Below, piece after piece: positions 27,195-40,760 of a DNA stretch of 64,000 nucleotides. The DNA lies in the NCBI RefSeq assembly GCF_001194135.2, contig NC_068995.1:17275537-17339536 (forward strand), written 5' to 3'. Position 1 is the first letter of the stretch. Each line of letters starts with the position of its first letter. The position numbers and the translations under genes were made by a program. Source of the stretch: Octopus bimaculoides. Taxonomy: Eukaryota. The notes under the pieces are model-generated. The model was not told where the DNA came from. It did not search any database and saw only the letters and a program-made list of their open reading frames with translations.

Positions 27195-27997
27195 GATAGA
27201 TACACACATTTACATATATGCGTATATGCATTCATACATACATGTATAAACAGATATGTCTTTGGCATTATATTTTAGGTGTACTTCTATATTCAAATGA
27301 GCTAACGTAAATAAATCAGAACGGCCTGTGGCATGAATATGGAAAATAAAGTCGAATAAAGCCCGTTAAATTGCATAGAAGAGTAATTCTTGATTTATAG
27401 GAATGATCATTCCATAGACAGAAATGTAAACAAAAACTTTGTCTCATGTGCGATCAAGTAGAAAACCAGGGAATCAAACAATCTCTAAAACCAACATATT
27501 ATGAAGAAAATACAGTCCCAGAGTCTAGAAACTAAAGGGAATCTCTGGTTTCGTACTTGTGACTCGATATATTTCATCGGCGCAGCATTTGTCCTATACT
27601 GACCACATCAATATTTACATGTAAACTTATGTACAGATAGCAGAAAACATTTAAGTGCTAGTGTAATCTGCTGATTATCTTTTTCTTAAAGCTGTGACAT
27701 TTTAGAAAACTGTTTATCCTTGAGAATATCTCAACGTATGCTTTGAGTCCAGTAACTAGTTTCACGTAGGTTTCTACATTTATTTTTCTCATGGAGGGAA
27801 CAAAATATCAGTTTATTGCATGTATATGTAATAGTGTTTGCACATATGCACGTAGTACTATATNNNNNNNNNNNNNNNNNNNNNNNNNNNNNNNNNNNNN
27901 NNNNNNNNNNNNNNNNNNNNNNNNNNNNNNNNNNNNNNNNNNNNNNNNNNNNNNNNNNNNNNNNNNNNNNNNNNNNNNNNNNNNNNNNNNNNNNNNN

Positions 27998-28035
<38 letters not shown>

Positions 28036-28924
28036 TGTATGTATGCATGTACGTATGTAAGTATGTATTATGTGTCTATGTATGTATGCACGTACCTATG
28101 TGTCTTTCTATCTATCTTTTTCTGTGTGTTTTTGTGTGTGTCCAACTTCTTTATACTATATTATTTTTTCTTGATATTATATACTAGCTTAAAAGCCGCA
28201 GTATCGGGCGGCTTTTAAGCTAGCTCTTGTGGAAGGCTCCTCATTAGGCCTTGCGCCCAGCAATAACTCTTCGTGCATTGAGTAAAAATTAAATGTTATT
28301 AAACTTCAAGAATATTTTTTAAGAAATGAAAATTTTTTATCAAAACAATGATATAATTTCTCGACTTGGAACTGATTGCAAAGCTGCATGATAAACAACA
28401 GTACCACCACCATAACCACCACATCTGCTATACACACACACCATTCAGACTTTTGACGCCACCATCATCAATACCTTTGACTTCGCCGCCTTCCCCTGTA
28501 CTACCATCACGACTGTCTTTCAGATCACTTACTCTCACCGTCATCCCTAACCACATCGGCAACCACCAGCACCACCAGCACCACCACCACTACCACATAC
28601 CCACACTTTCTCTCTCTCTCCTATTATTATTTTTACTGCTACCATCAATACTACTTTTGAGAAAACATCATCAACTCTCCTTGAATTTTTTTGTCACTCT
28701 TTCTCTACCTCTCTCTTTCTCTCTCGCTCTGTCTCTCTTCGCCACCGCCCTCACCGTCTCTATACCTACTATTACTCTGACCCCATCATGAGCAATAGAA
28801 GAGTCATTGAATAGTGAGAGAGGGGTCAAAGTTTGACACACTGGTATGCAGGAATTTGTTTTCGCATTTCTTATATATATGTCTATACACACACACGCAC
28901 GCACACACACACACACACACAGAT

Positions 28925-28957
<33 letters not shown>

Positions 28958-29715
28958 CACACATATATATACATATATAACTATATATCTGTATACCTGT
29001 ATATACTTGCATATATGTGTGTATATATATATATATNNNNNNNNNNNNNNNNNNNNNNNNNNNNNNNNNNNNNNNNNNNNNNNNNNNNNNNNNNNNNNNN
29101 NNNNNNNNNNNNNNNNNNNNNNNNNNNNNNNNNNNNNNNNNNNNNNNNNNNNNNNNNNNNNNNNNNNNNNNNNNNNNNNNNNNNNNNNNNNNNNNNNNNN
29201 NNNNNNNNNNNNNNNNNNNNNNNNNNNNNNNNNNNNNNNNNNNNNNNNNNNNNNNNNNNNNNNNNNNNNNNNNNNNNNNNNNNNNNNNNNNNNNNNNNNN
29301 NNNNNNNNNNNNNNNNNNNNNNNNNNNNNNNNNNNNNNNNNNNNNNNNNNNNNNNNNNNNNNNNNNNNNNNNNNNNNNNNNNNNNNNNNNNNNNNNNNNN
29401 NNNNNNNNNNNNNNNNNNNNNNNNNNNNNNNNNNNNNNNNNNNNNNNNNNNNNNNNNNNNNNNNNNNNNNNNNNNNNNNNNNNNNNNNNNNNNNNNNNNN
29501 NNNNNNNNNNNNNNNNNNNNNNNNNNNNNNNNNNNNNNNNNNNNNNNNNNNNNNNNNNNNNNNNNNNNNNNNNNNNNNNNNNNNNNNNNNNNNNNNNNNN
29601 NNNNNNNNNNNNNNNNNNNNNNNNNNNNNNNNNNNNNNNNNNNNNNNNNNNNNNNNNNNNNNNNNNNNNNNNNNNNNNNNNNNNNNNNNNNNNNNNNNNN
29701 NNNNNNNNNNNNNNN

Positions 29716-29748
<33 letters not shown>

Positions 29749-29872
29749 ATTTAGAGAGTGTTAGATAGATAGACATACAGGCAGACAGAGTGACAGATAC
29801 ATAGATAGATAGAGATACAGAGACACAGATATGTAGACAGACAAACACACTGACATATAGATAGATAGGCAT

Positions 29873-29921
<49 letters not shown>

Positions 29922-29962
29922 CAGATAGACAGACAGATAGATAGACAGAGAGACAGACAGAC

Positions 29963-30023
<61 letters not shown>

Positions 30024-31465
30024 AACAGAGAGAGAGAGAGACAGACAGGTAGACAATTAGATAAACGTGATTTTACAGGAGAGTTCGCTTGCAGAGTGCA
30101 TGAGGGCAGTGAGTGTGTGTGTTTGTTTATATGTCAGTGTGTGCATATATTTATCGTTCTGCATATATTTGTTTATCCACAGATCGGTATATATACATTT
30201 CTATACAAATATTTGTGTGATTTGTTATTTGGTGTTTTATAATTTTACTTTTCTTTCTTAAAACATATTTAGATTGTAGCTTAGTGAAACACAATAGGAA
30301 TAATTCAAAAATCAACGATAAAATGTTTGCCGGATTTTACAAAATGACGTCTAATAAAAAATCTATACTTCAGGCTGTAGATATATGTCTAAGAGTCATT
30401 ATTATCTCAAACAATTTCCTTTGAAGTTACGTATATTTGAATATTTATCACAATATTTCAGAATTTTAATGTGCCGAATTTGTTTGTAATCATATATATA
30501 TGTATGCATTCTCAGCTACCATTGTCCTTGTATTTTCACTGGTTTTCCTACGTGCGCATGTATGTATATGTAAGAGTGTGTATATGTGTGTGTATATGTG
30601 TATACGTGTGTGTGTGTGAGCGTGCGCGCGTATATGTACTATCACAAACCTACACACACACAGACACTCACATACACACACAGCTATATAAGCTAAAATT
30701 ATATTTGTTTGTCTTGAAACGTCACTGTTTTACGAAGTAGCTTTTGCTCAGATAAGCATAAAATAGTGTTAGTTCAACGCATAAAATAAATAATCCCGGG
30801 ACCAAGGTTTCCTGCGGTAAAATAGAAAGGATTCAGGATGATAGATAGTAGAATAGTAATACTTTTAGTGTGGCATTAGGCAAGAATCTTATTGAGAACT
30901 AGCGAAATATTTTTAGTTTATTATATACATATATTCTATTTCTCGATAAAAAACAGCTCTTTCATCATTTCGCCCTATTCTGTCTCTATTCACATTTATT
31001 GAATCCTTCTCTTACAGGCAAAACAAAGCATCGCAAACGTACATACTTTCTCGCTCATCTTTCAAANNNNNNNNNNNNNNNNNNNNNNNNNNNNNNNNNN
31101 NNNNNNNNNNNNNNNNNNNNNNNNNNNNNNNNNNNNNNNNNNNNNNNNNNNNNNNNNNNNNNNNNNNNNNNNNNNNNNNNNNNNNNNNNNNNNNNNNNNN
31201 NNNNNNNNNNNNNNNNNNNNNNNNNNNNNNNNNNNNNNNNNNNNNNNNNNNNNNNNNNNNNNNNNNNNNNNNNNNNNNNNNNNNNNNNNNNNNNNNNNNN
31301 NNNNNNNNNNNNNNNNNNNNNNNNNNNNNNTATATATATATATATATATATACAAAAAAAAGGTAAATATATATAGGAAAAAATATATAAATTAGTCCTA
31401 GAGCGCCCTAGAGCGCACAATGTTCCTGAAGGTCGGCAATGTTCCTCCTCGGTCAGGAGTGGACG

Positions 31466-31508
<43 letters not shown>

Positions 31509-32535
31509 TTGTACTTGAAACTTGGTGTCATCGAATGAACAATGATGTGAGTCTCACGAAGAGTTTATATTTATATTCTCATATAATTAATCTTTGTACT
31601 TTATCTGTTTCTATTCATTAAAATTTATATTTAGAAATTGCTTTGCGATGGAATGGCTATTCTTACAGGGTGTCCAGACTTACACAGAATTCTAAATTTT
31701 GCTTCACCCTGGCGAAACAAATAACATTTCTATTGCATTCTATGTCCTCATTATTATTTGTAACACCATTTGTAATCTTAAAAACAAAGCCTTGTAGAAT
31801 TTATGGCTCAGTATTAAAAACTAATACACTTTTGAATTCCTTTCCGGCGGAAATTTTTGCATTCTCGTCTTCCCCAAAGAAGAATATGTATTTCAATCTT
31901 CAATTTAGTTGTATTACTATTTGTGAAAGAAAAAGAGGAGTATCTATGATGGATTCTTCCAAATTTGTACATAATTTTAAATTTCTGCGACTTCTGCAAG
32001 AACTCTGCATAATCGTACAAAAAATCTCTGAAGACAATGACATAGAATGACATATACCATTCCAGTGGGCATTTATTATTTTGTTTTTAACGATTCAGTT
32101 TTCTGCTGTAAATTCTGATATATTCATGACAACATTTATTCCATCCTCTGTTGTATATTAAAAGTATATGAATGTATTTTTAAGTATTTCTGTAAGTCAA
32201 ATGAATGCAAATTTATAACTGAATGCAAATTTTATGTCCGGAAATATATAATTATAACAATTTTTAAAATTGCATAATGTGGATGAAAAATTGCGTATAA
32301 ATAAATTATATATATATATATTTTTTTCTGTGTGCGCAGTGGTAACCACTCCTACGCTCTTCTGAATTGAATATTCGAAGAATAATTTATTGTCTAGTTA
32401 TATACATGATTGTAATCACTCAGAAGTAGATACAATAAGAAATAAGAAATAATAAGTTGTCATTTGAATGTTAATTTCATTGTAGTCAATGCTTGAACAG
32501 CGATTAAATATGAGTAGATATGTATAAAGATATGC

Positions 32536-32572
<37 letters not shown>

Positions 32573-33221
32573 NNNNNNNNNNNNNNNNNNNNNNNNNNNN
32601 NNNNNNNNNNNNNNNNNNNNNNNNNNNNNNNNNNNNNNNNNNNNNNNNNNNNNNNNNNNNNNNNNNNNNNNNNNNNNNNNNNNNNNNNNNNNNNNNNNNN
32701 NNNNNNNNNNNNNNNNNNNNNNNNNNNNNNNNNNNNNNNNNNNNNNNNNNNNNNNNNNNNNNNNNNNNNNNNNNNNNNNNNNNNNNNNNNNNNNNNNNNN
32801 NNNNNNNNNNNNNNNNNNNNNNNNNNNNNNNNNNNNNNNNNNNNNNNNNNNNNNNNNNNNNNNNNNNNNNNNNNNNNNNNNNNNNNNNNNNNNNNNNNNN
32901 NNNNNNNNNNNNNNNNNNNNNNNNNNNNNNNNNNNNNNNNNNNNNNNNNNNNNNNNNNNNNATATATATATATATATATACACATGATATATATGTATAT
33001 GTGTGTGTGCGTGCGTATGTCTGCATGTATTTGCGAAGATATATCTGTCTAAGCATTTTAGTTTTGCAGATAGTTTGCTTACGTTTCGGTCACTCAGGAT
33101 ATCGTTGTGTCAATGCTTGTCTTATAATAGCTTCTGATGTAACTTTTAAAATCAGCAGATTATTAGTGGCCCCCAAATATAGTGTTCTTCTAATCTGTTA
33201 ATAATGAAAGTATTTTGTTCC

Positions 33222-33252
<31 letters not shown>

Positions 33253-33469
33253 GTTTCTATCTTCCGAGTATTTCATACGTTGTGTCGAATGCAATATTGA
33301 TAATACAGCTTAATTTTATTTTATTTTCTATGATTCCAAACTAGGCAGTTTTGATGAAATATGCTCGCTTGAATTGACATTTCTTTAATGGTGCATACAT
33401 TTGCGCATTATTTGTCCTGAAATTGAGCTTTGCTTTGTACACGGTTGTATTATGTAGGAAGAAGCAGTT

Positions 33470-33685
33470 GGCGGGGTGGCAGGACCGTTAGTACGCTAGA
33501 TAAAAAGCTTTGTGTCATGTAGAATGTCTCTATGTTGTGAGCTCAAATTCGACGGCGGTTGACTTTGCCTTTCTTCCTTTCAGGGACGATGCAATAAGTA
33601 CCAAGTTAAATAATGGTGTCAATACAATTTGACCCCGCCCGTCCTTGCGAAACTACTGGCCCTGTGCTAAAATTTGGAACTATTA
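33470..33685 (+). mobile_element. SINE family A, degraded
   Basis: gtggcaggaccgttagtacg...gagctcaaattcg...ttgactttgcctttcttcctttcagggacgatgcaataagtacc. Confidence 0.75.
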
Positions 33686-34600
33686 TTTATAAAGAGGACA
33701 TGTATTTGGGCTTCTGTATATATTTGTTAGATGGTTTGTAGCTATTTTTTTCTTCTGGTTGTCGCAAGGGGTGGGGTACCTAATGCGTTAATTCACGTAG
33801 TGTATTATTCTGTATTTTTTGTGGTAGACACTATCTTTGCTCATGAACCACATAATATACGGTAACGAATGTTGTTATAGTATATAAAAGAAATACGGTC
33901 GTATGTAATGCTTTGCTTTTGAAAGCAACTAAATCTGTTATAGCATGTCTGTCGTTGCCAAAGTCTCCTGTGTTGGGCAACAATTTACAGAATGATATAG
34001 TTATATAGTATATAACATTTAGGTATGGCAATGAATAAAGCTTGAGTATTTTAATAAAAGTACTATTTTTCCCATTACAGTTACACAAAACTTGCTTCTG
34101 ACACCGACGACTGGAAATGTAGCGGACCAATGTGTAACTCGTATAACACATATAAACACGGATTTAATTTTGAAAAATAATTAATATACAAATGAATGTA
34201 ACCACTACTATGAAATCACAACATTTTTACGTACAATTCTCTACTAAGCATTAGTCACAACAAATGAAAACAAAAATCCTGTACAATTGATGTTGTTATG
34301 TAGACTTTAGATTTAAATGTAGAGATAACACATATTTATTTTCTACGTAAATAGCAGCGAATTTGTATTCCATAAATTCAACCGATTTTGGCATAATATA
34401 TTTAATATAATTAGCATAATTAGCATATTTGAATTGTTTGCATATATACATATATACATATCTTACATTCGTTGTAGTCATATTTCATTTACAAGTATAT
34501 ACACGCAAAAACATACACATAAGTATATGCGTGTGTGTGTGTGTGTGTGTGTGTCCGTGAGGGTGCGTGTGTGTATATATATATAAATATATAAATATGC

Positions 34601-34686
<86 letters not shown>

Positions 34687-34699
34687 GTATGTGTGTGTA

Positions 34700-34730
<31 letters not shown>

Positions 34731-34753
34731 GTGTGTGTGTATGTGTATATGTA

Positions 34754-35566
34754 TAGGGTGCGATGAATATATTGTCGTCTAAATTAGGCAAAAATGAAAA
34801 TAACACTGACATCTCAGTTTAACAGATGTATTTACCAAAATTACATTAAAACATTTTGAAATACTAAAGAGTAAATTTATTCAATAAAATCGCCATCGGC
34901 TTCAACCACGGCCTCCGGACGACTTCGGAATCTCTTGCAACTCTTCTGAACTGTCGCTTTGTTTAAGTTGGTGAAAGTTGCCATAATCCTTGCTTTCTTT
35001 ACATCATTGGTATTACAAGTAGTTTTACTGGTCTCTCGCTCGACTGCGCCCCACACATAGGGTGCGTTGCAGTCTGGAATGTTAGCTGATCTGATGCTAG
35101 GGGTGATGTGATCGGAGAAATTGTCTAACAGCCATGGCTGGGTTCTCTTGTTTGTGCGACGTGGTGCAAAATCCTATTGTCAGGCATAGGTTATTCCAGC
35201 AGTCACCGTATTGACCTAGGGCGGTACTTCCTCCTCCAGGCACTTGATGTACGCCTCCGTGTTGAATGTAAGGCCGTGTGTGAAGATGAATGGAGGTTTA
35301 AGATCGGCCATTTTATCATTATCGGTATATATCCTCAGATTGACACCCAAACACTGAAATGTTCGTATTGGAGCTTCCAACGCGAATGACAAGCACAACA
35401 GCATGTTGCTTCCAAATTTCTGGCAAAGAGGATTGCATCATGATGCTGTTCTTCTCACAGACGGTGCCAAACTCTCTCTACAATGTCGTCGACAAAATCA
35501 AAAACAAATAATAAGCATGCATGAACTTATAATTACAAAATGGCTACAATTTGCTCATCGTATATG
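34754..35566 (-). mobile_element. Tc1/mariner maT (DD37D-like) transposon relic, internally deleted
   Basis: TA-flanked imperfect TIRs at both ends. The minus strand translates as PPFIFTHGLTFNTEAYIKCLEEEVPP*...Q*DFAPRRTNKRTQPWLLDNFSDHITP...PDCNAPYVWGAVERET...FRSRPEAVVEADGDFIE* (stop at 34879-34877). The DD37D spacing is inferred because the third Asp codon is deleted. Confidence 0.9.
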
Positions 35567-35604
35567 TAAACACACACACACACACACACATGATGTTTGT
35601 TAAA

Positions 35605-35800
35605 CATCAGTTATTTGACTGCAGCTATGCTGGAGCACCGCCTTTAGTCGAACAAATCGACTCTTTGACTTACTCTTTGTAAGCCTAGTACTTATTCTAT
35701 CGGCCTCTTTTGCCGAACCGCAATTTTACGGGGACGTAAACACACCAACATTGGTAGTCAAGCGATGGTCAGGGGACAACACAGACACACAAACACATCT
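35605..35800 (-). mobile_element. 3' part of a SINE (tentatively family C type)
   Basis: tttgactgcagctatgctggagcaccgcc...agtacttattctatcggcctcttttgccgaaccgc. The agtacttattctatcg segment resembles the reversed central block of other SINEs here. Family assignment is from recall only. Confidence 0.55.
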
Positions 35801-35823
35801 CTCTATATATATATAAGTATGTG

Positions 35824-35863
<40 letters not shown>

Positions 35864-37890
35864 CGTATATATATATATATATCTATANNNNNNNNNNNNN
35901 NNNNNNNNNNNNNNNNNNNNNNNNNNNNNNNNNNNNNNNNNNNNNNNNNNNNNNNNNNNNNNNNNNNNNNNNNNNNNNNNNNNNNNNNNNNNNNNNNNNN
36001 NNNNNNNNNNNNNNNNNNNNNNNNNNNNNNNNNNNNNNNNNNNNNNNNNNNNNNNNNNNNNNNNNNNNNNNNNNNNNNNNNNNNNNNNNNNNNNNNNNNN
36101 NNNNNNNNNNNNNNNNNNNNNNNNNNNNNNNNNNNNNNNNNNNNNNNNNNNNNNNNNNNNNNNNNNNNNNNNNNNNNNNNNNNNNNNNNNNNNNNNNNNN
36201 NNNNNNNNNNNNNNNNNNNNNNNNNNNNNNNNNNNNNNNNNNNNNNNNNNNNNNNNNNNNNNNNNNNNNNNNNNNNNNNNNNNNNNNNNNNNNNNNNNNN
36301 NNNNNNNNNNNNNNNNNNNNNNNNNNNNNNNNNNNNNNNNNNNNNNNNNNNNNNNNNNNNNNNNNNNNNNNNNNNNNNNNNNNNNNNNNNNNNNNNNNNN
36401 NNNNNNNNNNNNNNNNNNNNNNNNNNNNNNNNNNNNNNNNNNNNTAAATGCATATTTGAGAAGAAAACTTTTGAAAATATTTGTAGAAAGTAGAATTAAA
36501 TCTATTATAAAGACATGATGCTTAGTCCATTCTGTTGTTGCTTGGTTTCAGCTCTGCCAAGTTCGAATAGATTTATATGTGAAAAGCAAACAACTTTCTA
36601 ATATACTTTTTACTTTCCCAAAACATTATAGCAAACTGTGAGCGATTTTTGATTTCTATCTGCGAGCACAAGTTTTCTTCACGGTCTTAGATATCTATTG
36701 TATCAGCTGTCGAATATGGCGTAAAGATGTGGACATATGGAAATAATAGGTTATCGTTCCCGATGATATTGGTGTGTTTTTCTGGTGTTCTTTGTGTGTC
36801 GGATTCAAATATGTGAGGGTAGAATATATATCAATGACATACTGCGCTGGAGGTTGTGGATCAGCAGAACTGGTATAGAGTTAGGTCAAATAGGAAAATA
36901 GGGAGAATCAACAAAATGCCAAACAAAATCGAGAGTAGTGAATTCGTAGAATCGGTATGTGCCGTTCGATATTCAGGAATGACAGAATTAGCATAGCAAC
37001 TGGAGGAAACACGCCTTGGGAGTGGTGAATTGCCAGAATCTACATCATATTTAATGAAATTCGTTGCACCATTATTTAACATTTTGGAATTAAAGTCGAA
37101 TTTATAAGACGATTTTGCTTTTCATGTTAAGTTAATATAGTACACATGAAATAAGGTTGATTTAAACAACAGTGAGACTATGCAGCCGTTTTCAAAATCG
37201 TTTTATAATCTACCGCCTATTATTTTTTTTATTTGAAAAACGAAGTGTTTTTCCAAAATAGAAAATGATGAAAGAGTATAAAATTCATTAGATGTTGTTG
37301 ACATAATTATTCAACACAAGGTCAGTACTGATTCTAGGAAAATATTATCAAAATTATTGCATGCCTGGAAATCATGTGCTTATTTTACGCATGAAGCATC
37401 TTTGACAGTGCCTCTGGTCATGGGGTAAATTTATATTATGAAGGAGAAGATATACATGGCAGTGGACAACTATCTCATACCAGAGTATACATTATCATAT
37501 ACATACATCTAAAGATGTAATACTTCAACACGTAGCCTTTGTTGTATGTTAGAACCAATGTGTGCTAGGATCTCGTGACATACATTTATGTATTATCACA
37601 TAAATTGAATTGTTTGCTGAAGATACAATATCAACATTTATACATGTAAACATGCATCTCAAAGGCTCATACATACCCACGCATATGATGTATATATATA
37701 TAAATATATACATATATANNNNNNNNNNNNNNNNNNNNNNNNNNNNNNNNNNNNNNNNNNNNNNNNNNNNNNNNNNNNNNNNNNNNNNNNNNNNNNNNNN
37801 NNNNNNNNNNNNNNNNNNNNNNNNNNNNNNNNNNNNNNNNNNNNNNNNNNNNNNNNNNNNNNNNNNNNNNNNNNNNNNNNNNNNNNNNNN

Positions 37891-37937
<47 letters not shown>

Positions 37938-38639
37938 TAGTCCACACACGCGCGGACACACACATATACGAATCTGTGTAAATATTTATTAGTGTAGGCA
38001 TATATATACATATGCATGGGTACAGAGGCACGTTTCTATCACCATGATAATACGTGCGTAAAGTTTATAACTTTGCCATATTCGATATATGACTAGAACA
38101 TTCTTCTTAGTTTTGTTGTTGTTATTATTGTTGCTGTTGTCGCGGTTGTTGTTTTTGCTTTTGTTACTGTGATAATTATTGCTATTATTATTTCCCTTTA
38201 TCACATGTTTTGTTGGAGCTTCGGGAGTCTTCCATGAGTAGCAGGCTTCTATCATGCAGCTTACGGTGCCATGCTATACGTTTTTTCAGCAATCTAATAC
38301 TTTCCTGATTATTCTGGCCAAGCCAAGGAGGCAAAACTTTTGAAACAGTTCTACAGGGCACTCTATTTCAATTTCATTTATATCACACCTGATGACTTCT
38401 GATACTGTTCCCAAGGACCCAACAATAATAGGCACTATCTTCACCTTCTTCATTTTCCATATTCGAGCTATTTCATATTAAGAGGGTTGTATCGCCTTCC
38501 TTCTTGATTCTTCGTGGGCCAAAGGGGCATGCAACATCAACTATATAACATATGTGTTGCATCTTGTCCACCAACACCCGCTCCGGTCTGTTATTATTGC
38601 TATTATTATTGTTTTTGTTGTTGTTGTTGTTATTATTAC

Positions 38640-38703
<64 letters not shown>

Positions 38704-38790
38704 TTATTACTATTATTTACTTTTAATGAGCAACATTGTTACTATTATTATCATTTACTTTTATTCTGCATTATTGTTATTATTATTATT

Positions 38791-39691
38791 CATATAGACA
38801 TCAACCTTGCATGGCATTTCCAGCTGCCTTAAAAAGTCTTGAAGTTTCAATGGGATTAAGGCCAACGCTCGCTCCGATCACCATTAGCATCACTTTTATA
38901 TTACCTTCTCGCATTCCATACAGTCGTGACAGTTCCACTTTCAGGTCGGAGTACTTGGTGATTTTTTTCAACCTCTTTACTCAACATTCATGTCATTTGG
39001 TATGGCTACATCAATGATCTGACAGTATTTCTCTCTCTTATTCACTATGACAATATACGGCCGACGGTGTTCGATTACACAATCCGTCAGAAAATCATAA
39101 TCTCAGGGTATCGTCACTGTTTTGCATCCCCCTGCATAAACTTATTTGGTACATTCTCATACCAGTTCCCTGCTACTTCATAGTGGTATTTACGGCATAA
39201 GAGCCAATGAGGATACACACACACTTTATCGTGGCGATGCTTGTATTCTTTTTGTGCAAGGCTCACACATCCACTTTCCAAGTGAGTCACATTTTCCACA
39301 CTCTTTCCACACTCTTTCCACAGAGTTTGCATTTCTGGATGTCAGAAGTTTTATAGACGTTATACTTCACTGACCTGGTAGCGAGAACCTGGTCTTGTAT
39401 TGCAATGATCGAGCCTTTCGTAGTACGCTTCAAATTACCACGCCCACGATGCTATATTATCCTTAACGTCTTGTGTATTCCTTTCAAACTGTCCCTTCAT
39501 TCTCATTTGAAGAAGGTTTTCTCTTCTCCCTATACTTTTCCTTGCCCATTATTTCATCTGCATTTACACCCATATGTTTCGCAGCATATTGCAGCAGGCC
39601 TTCATCACTATCAAACACTAGGCAAGCGTTCTCCTTTCACTCCATATACAATGGTCTGTATTAATTAGTCCTCTGCTACCGTGCTTTCTTT

Positions 39692-39693
<2 letters not shown>
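38791..39693 (-). mobile_element. R4/Dong-clade LINE 3' fragment within (AAT)n
   Basis: The minus strand has the CCHC knuckle region CGKSVENVTHLESGC, the motif KEYKHRHDKVC and an RLE-like region downstream. (TAT)n tracts lie on both sides. Confidence 0.9.
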
Positions 39694-39767
<74 letters not shown>

Positions 39768-40249
39768 CATTATTATTATTATTATCATTATTATCATTAT
39801 TATTTCATTGCCTTCTGTCGTACTAAATAACCCAACATAAACCGCTAAGTATCAAAGTTTACTCTTGGTTTAAATGTTTAGTTGAACGCGCGAAGAACAT
39901 TTAGTACTGATTGAATATTGTTTCATTGGTCACCTTACAACCAGCTATATACCTTCAGAGACGAACAAGGTTTTGTTTTATCAAGTGAAACATGTTGCCA
40001 CTTAAACTTGATTACTCAGACGCAAACTTCATCTATGTTGTAACGTTTGTATTCTGGAGGCTTCAGTTAACATCTCATGATCTGAATTCTTAGACCTTTC
40101 TAATGTTTTTTTAAAAACATTTGTCTATCATAGAATTTCTAAATTTTCGCTTCATTTGAATTTTATCCCCCTATCTAAAGTTTGCAGACACCATGTCCCC
40201 CCACACACTCACATACACACACAAGCAAACAGATGCACACACATGCATA

Positions 40250-40760
40250 CATACATACATACATACATACATACACTCATATATGTTAAAATATATATAT
40301 ATGTATATANNNNNNNNNNNNNNNNNNNNNNNNNNNNNNNNNNNNNNNNNNNNNNNNNNNNNNNNNNNNNNNNNNNNNNNNNNNNNNNNNNNNNNNNNNN
40401 NNNNNNNNNNNNNNNNNNNNNNNNNNNNNNNNNNNNNNNNNNNNNNNNNNNATATTCATAAAGTCATGCGTATATACAAACATAAATATCATATATATAT
40501 ATATTTTATATATATATATATTTATATATAAATACATCTATATACCATAGATACGTACATATATACATACATACATACATACACTGATATATGTATTAAT
40601 ATATATATATATATGTGTATATATATATATACATATTCATAAAGGCATGCGTATATACAAACATAAATATCATATGTATATTATATATATATATATATAT
40701 ATTTATATATAAATACATTTATATGCCATAGATACGTACATATAAACATACATTCATACG
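40250..40760. repeat. Tandem duplication / minisatellite, unit about 185 bp, at least 2 copies (gap-interrupted)
   Basis: tattcataaag(t/g)catgcgtatatacaaacataaatatcata...ccatagatacgtacat occurs at about 40453 and 40634. Confidence 0.8.
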
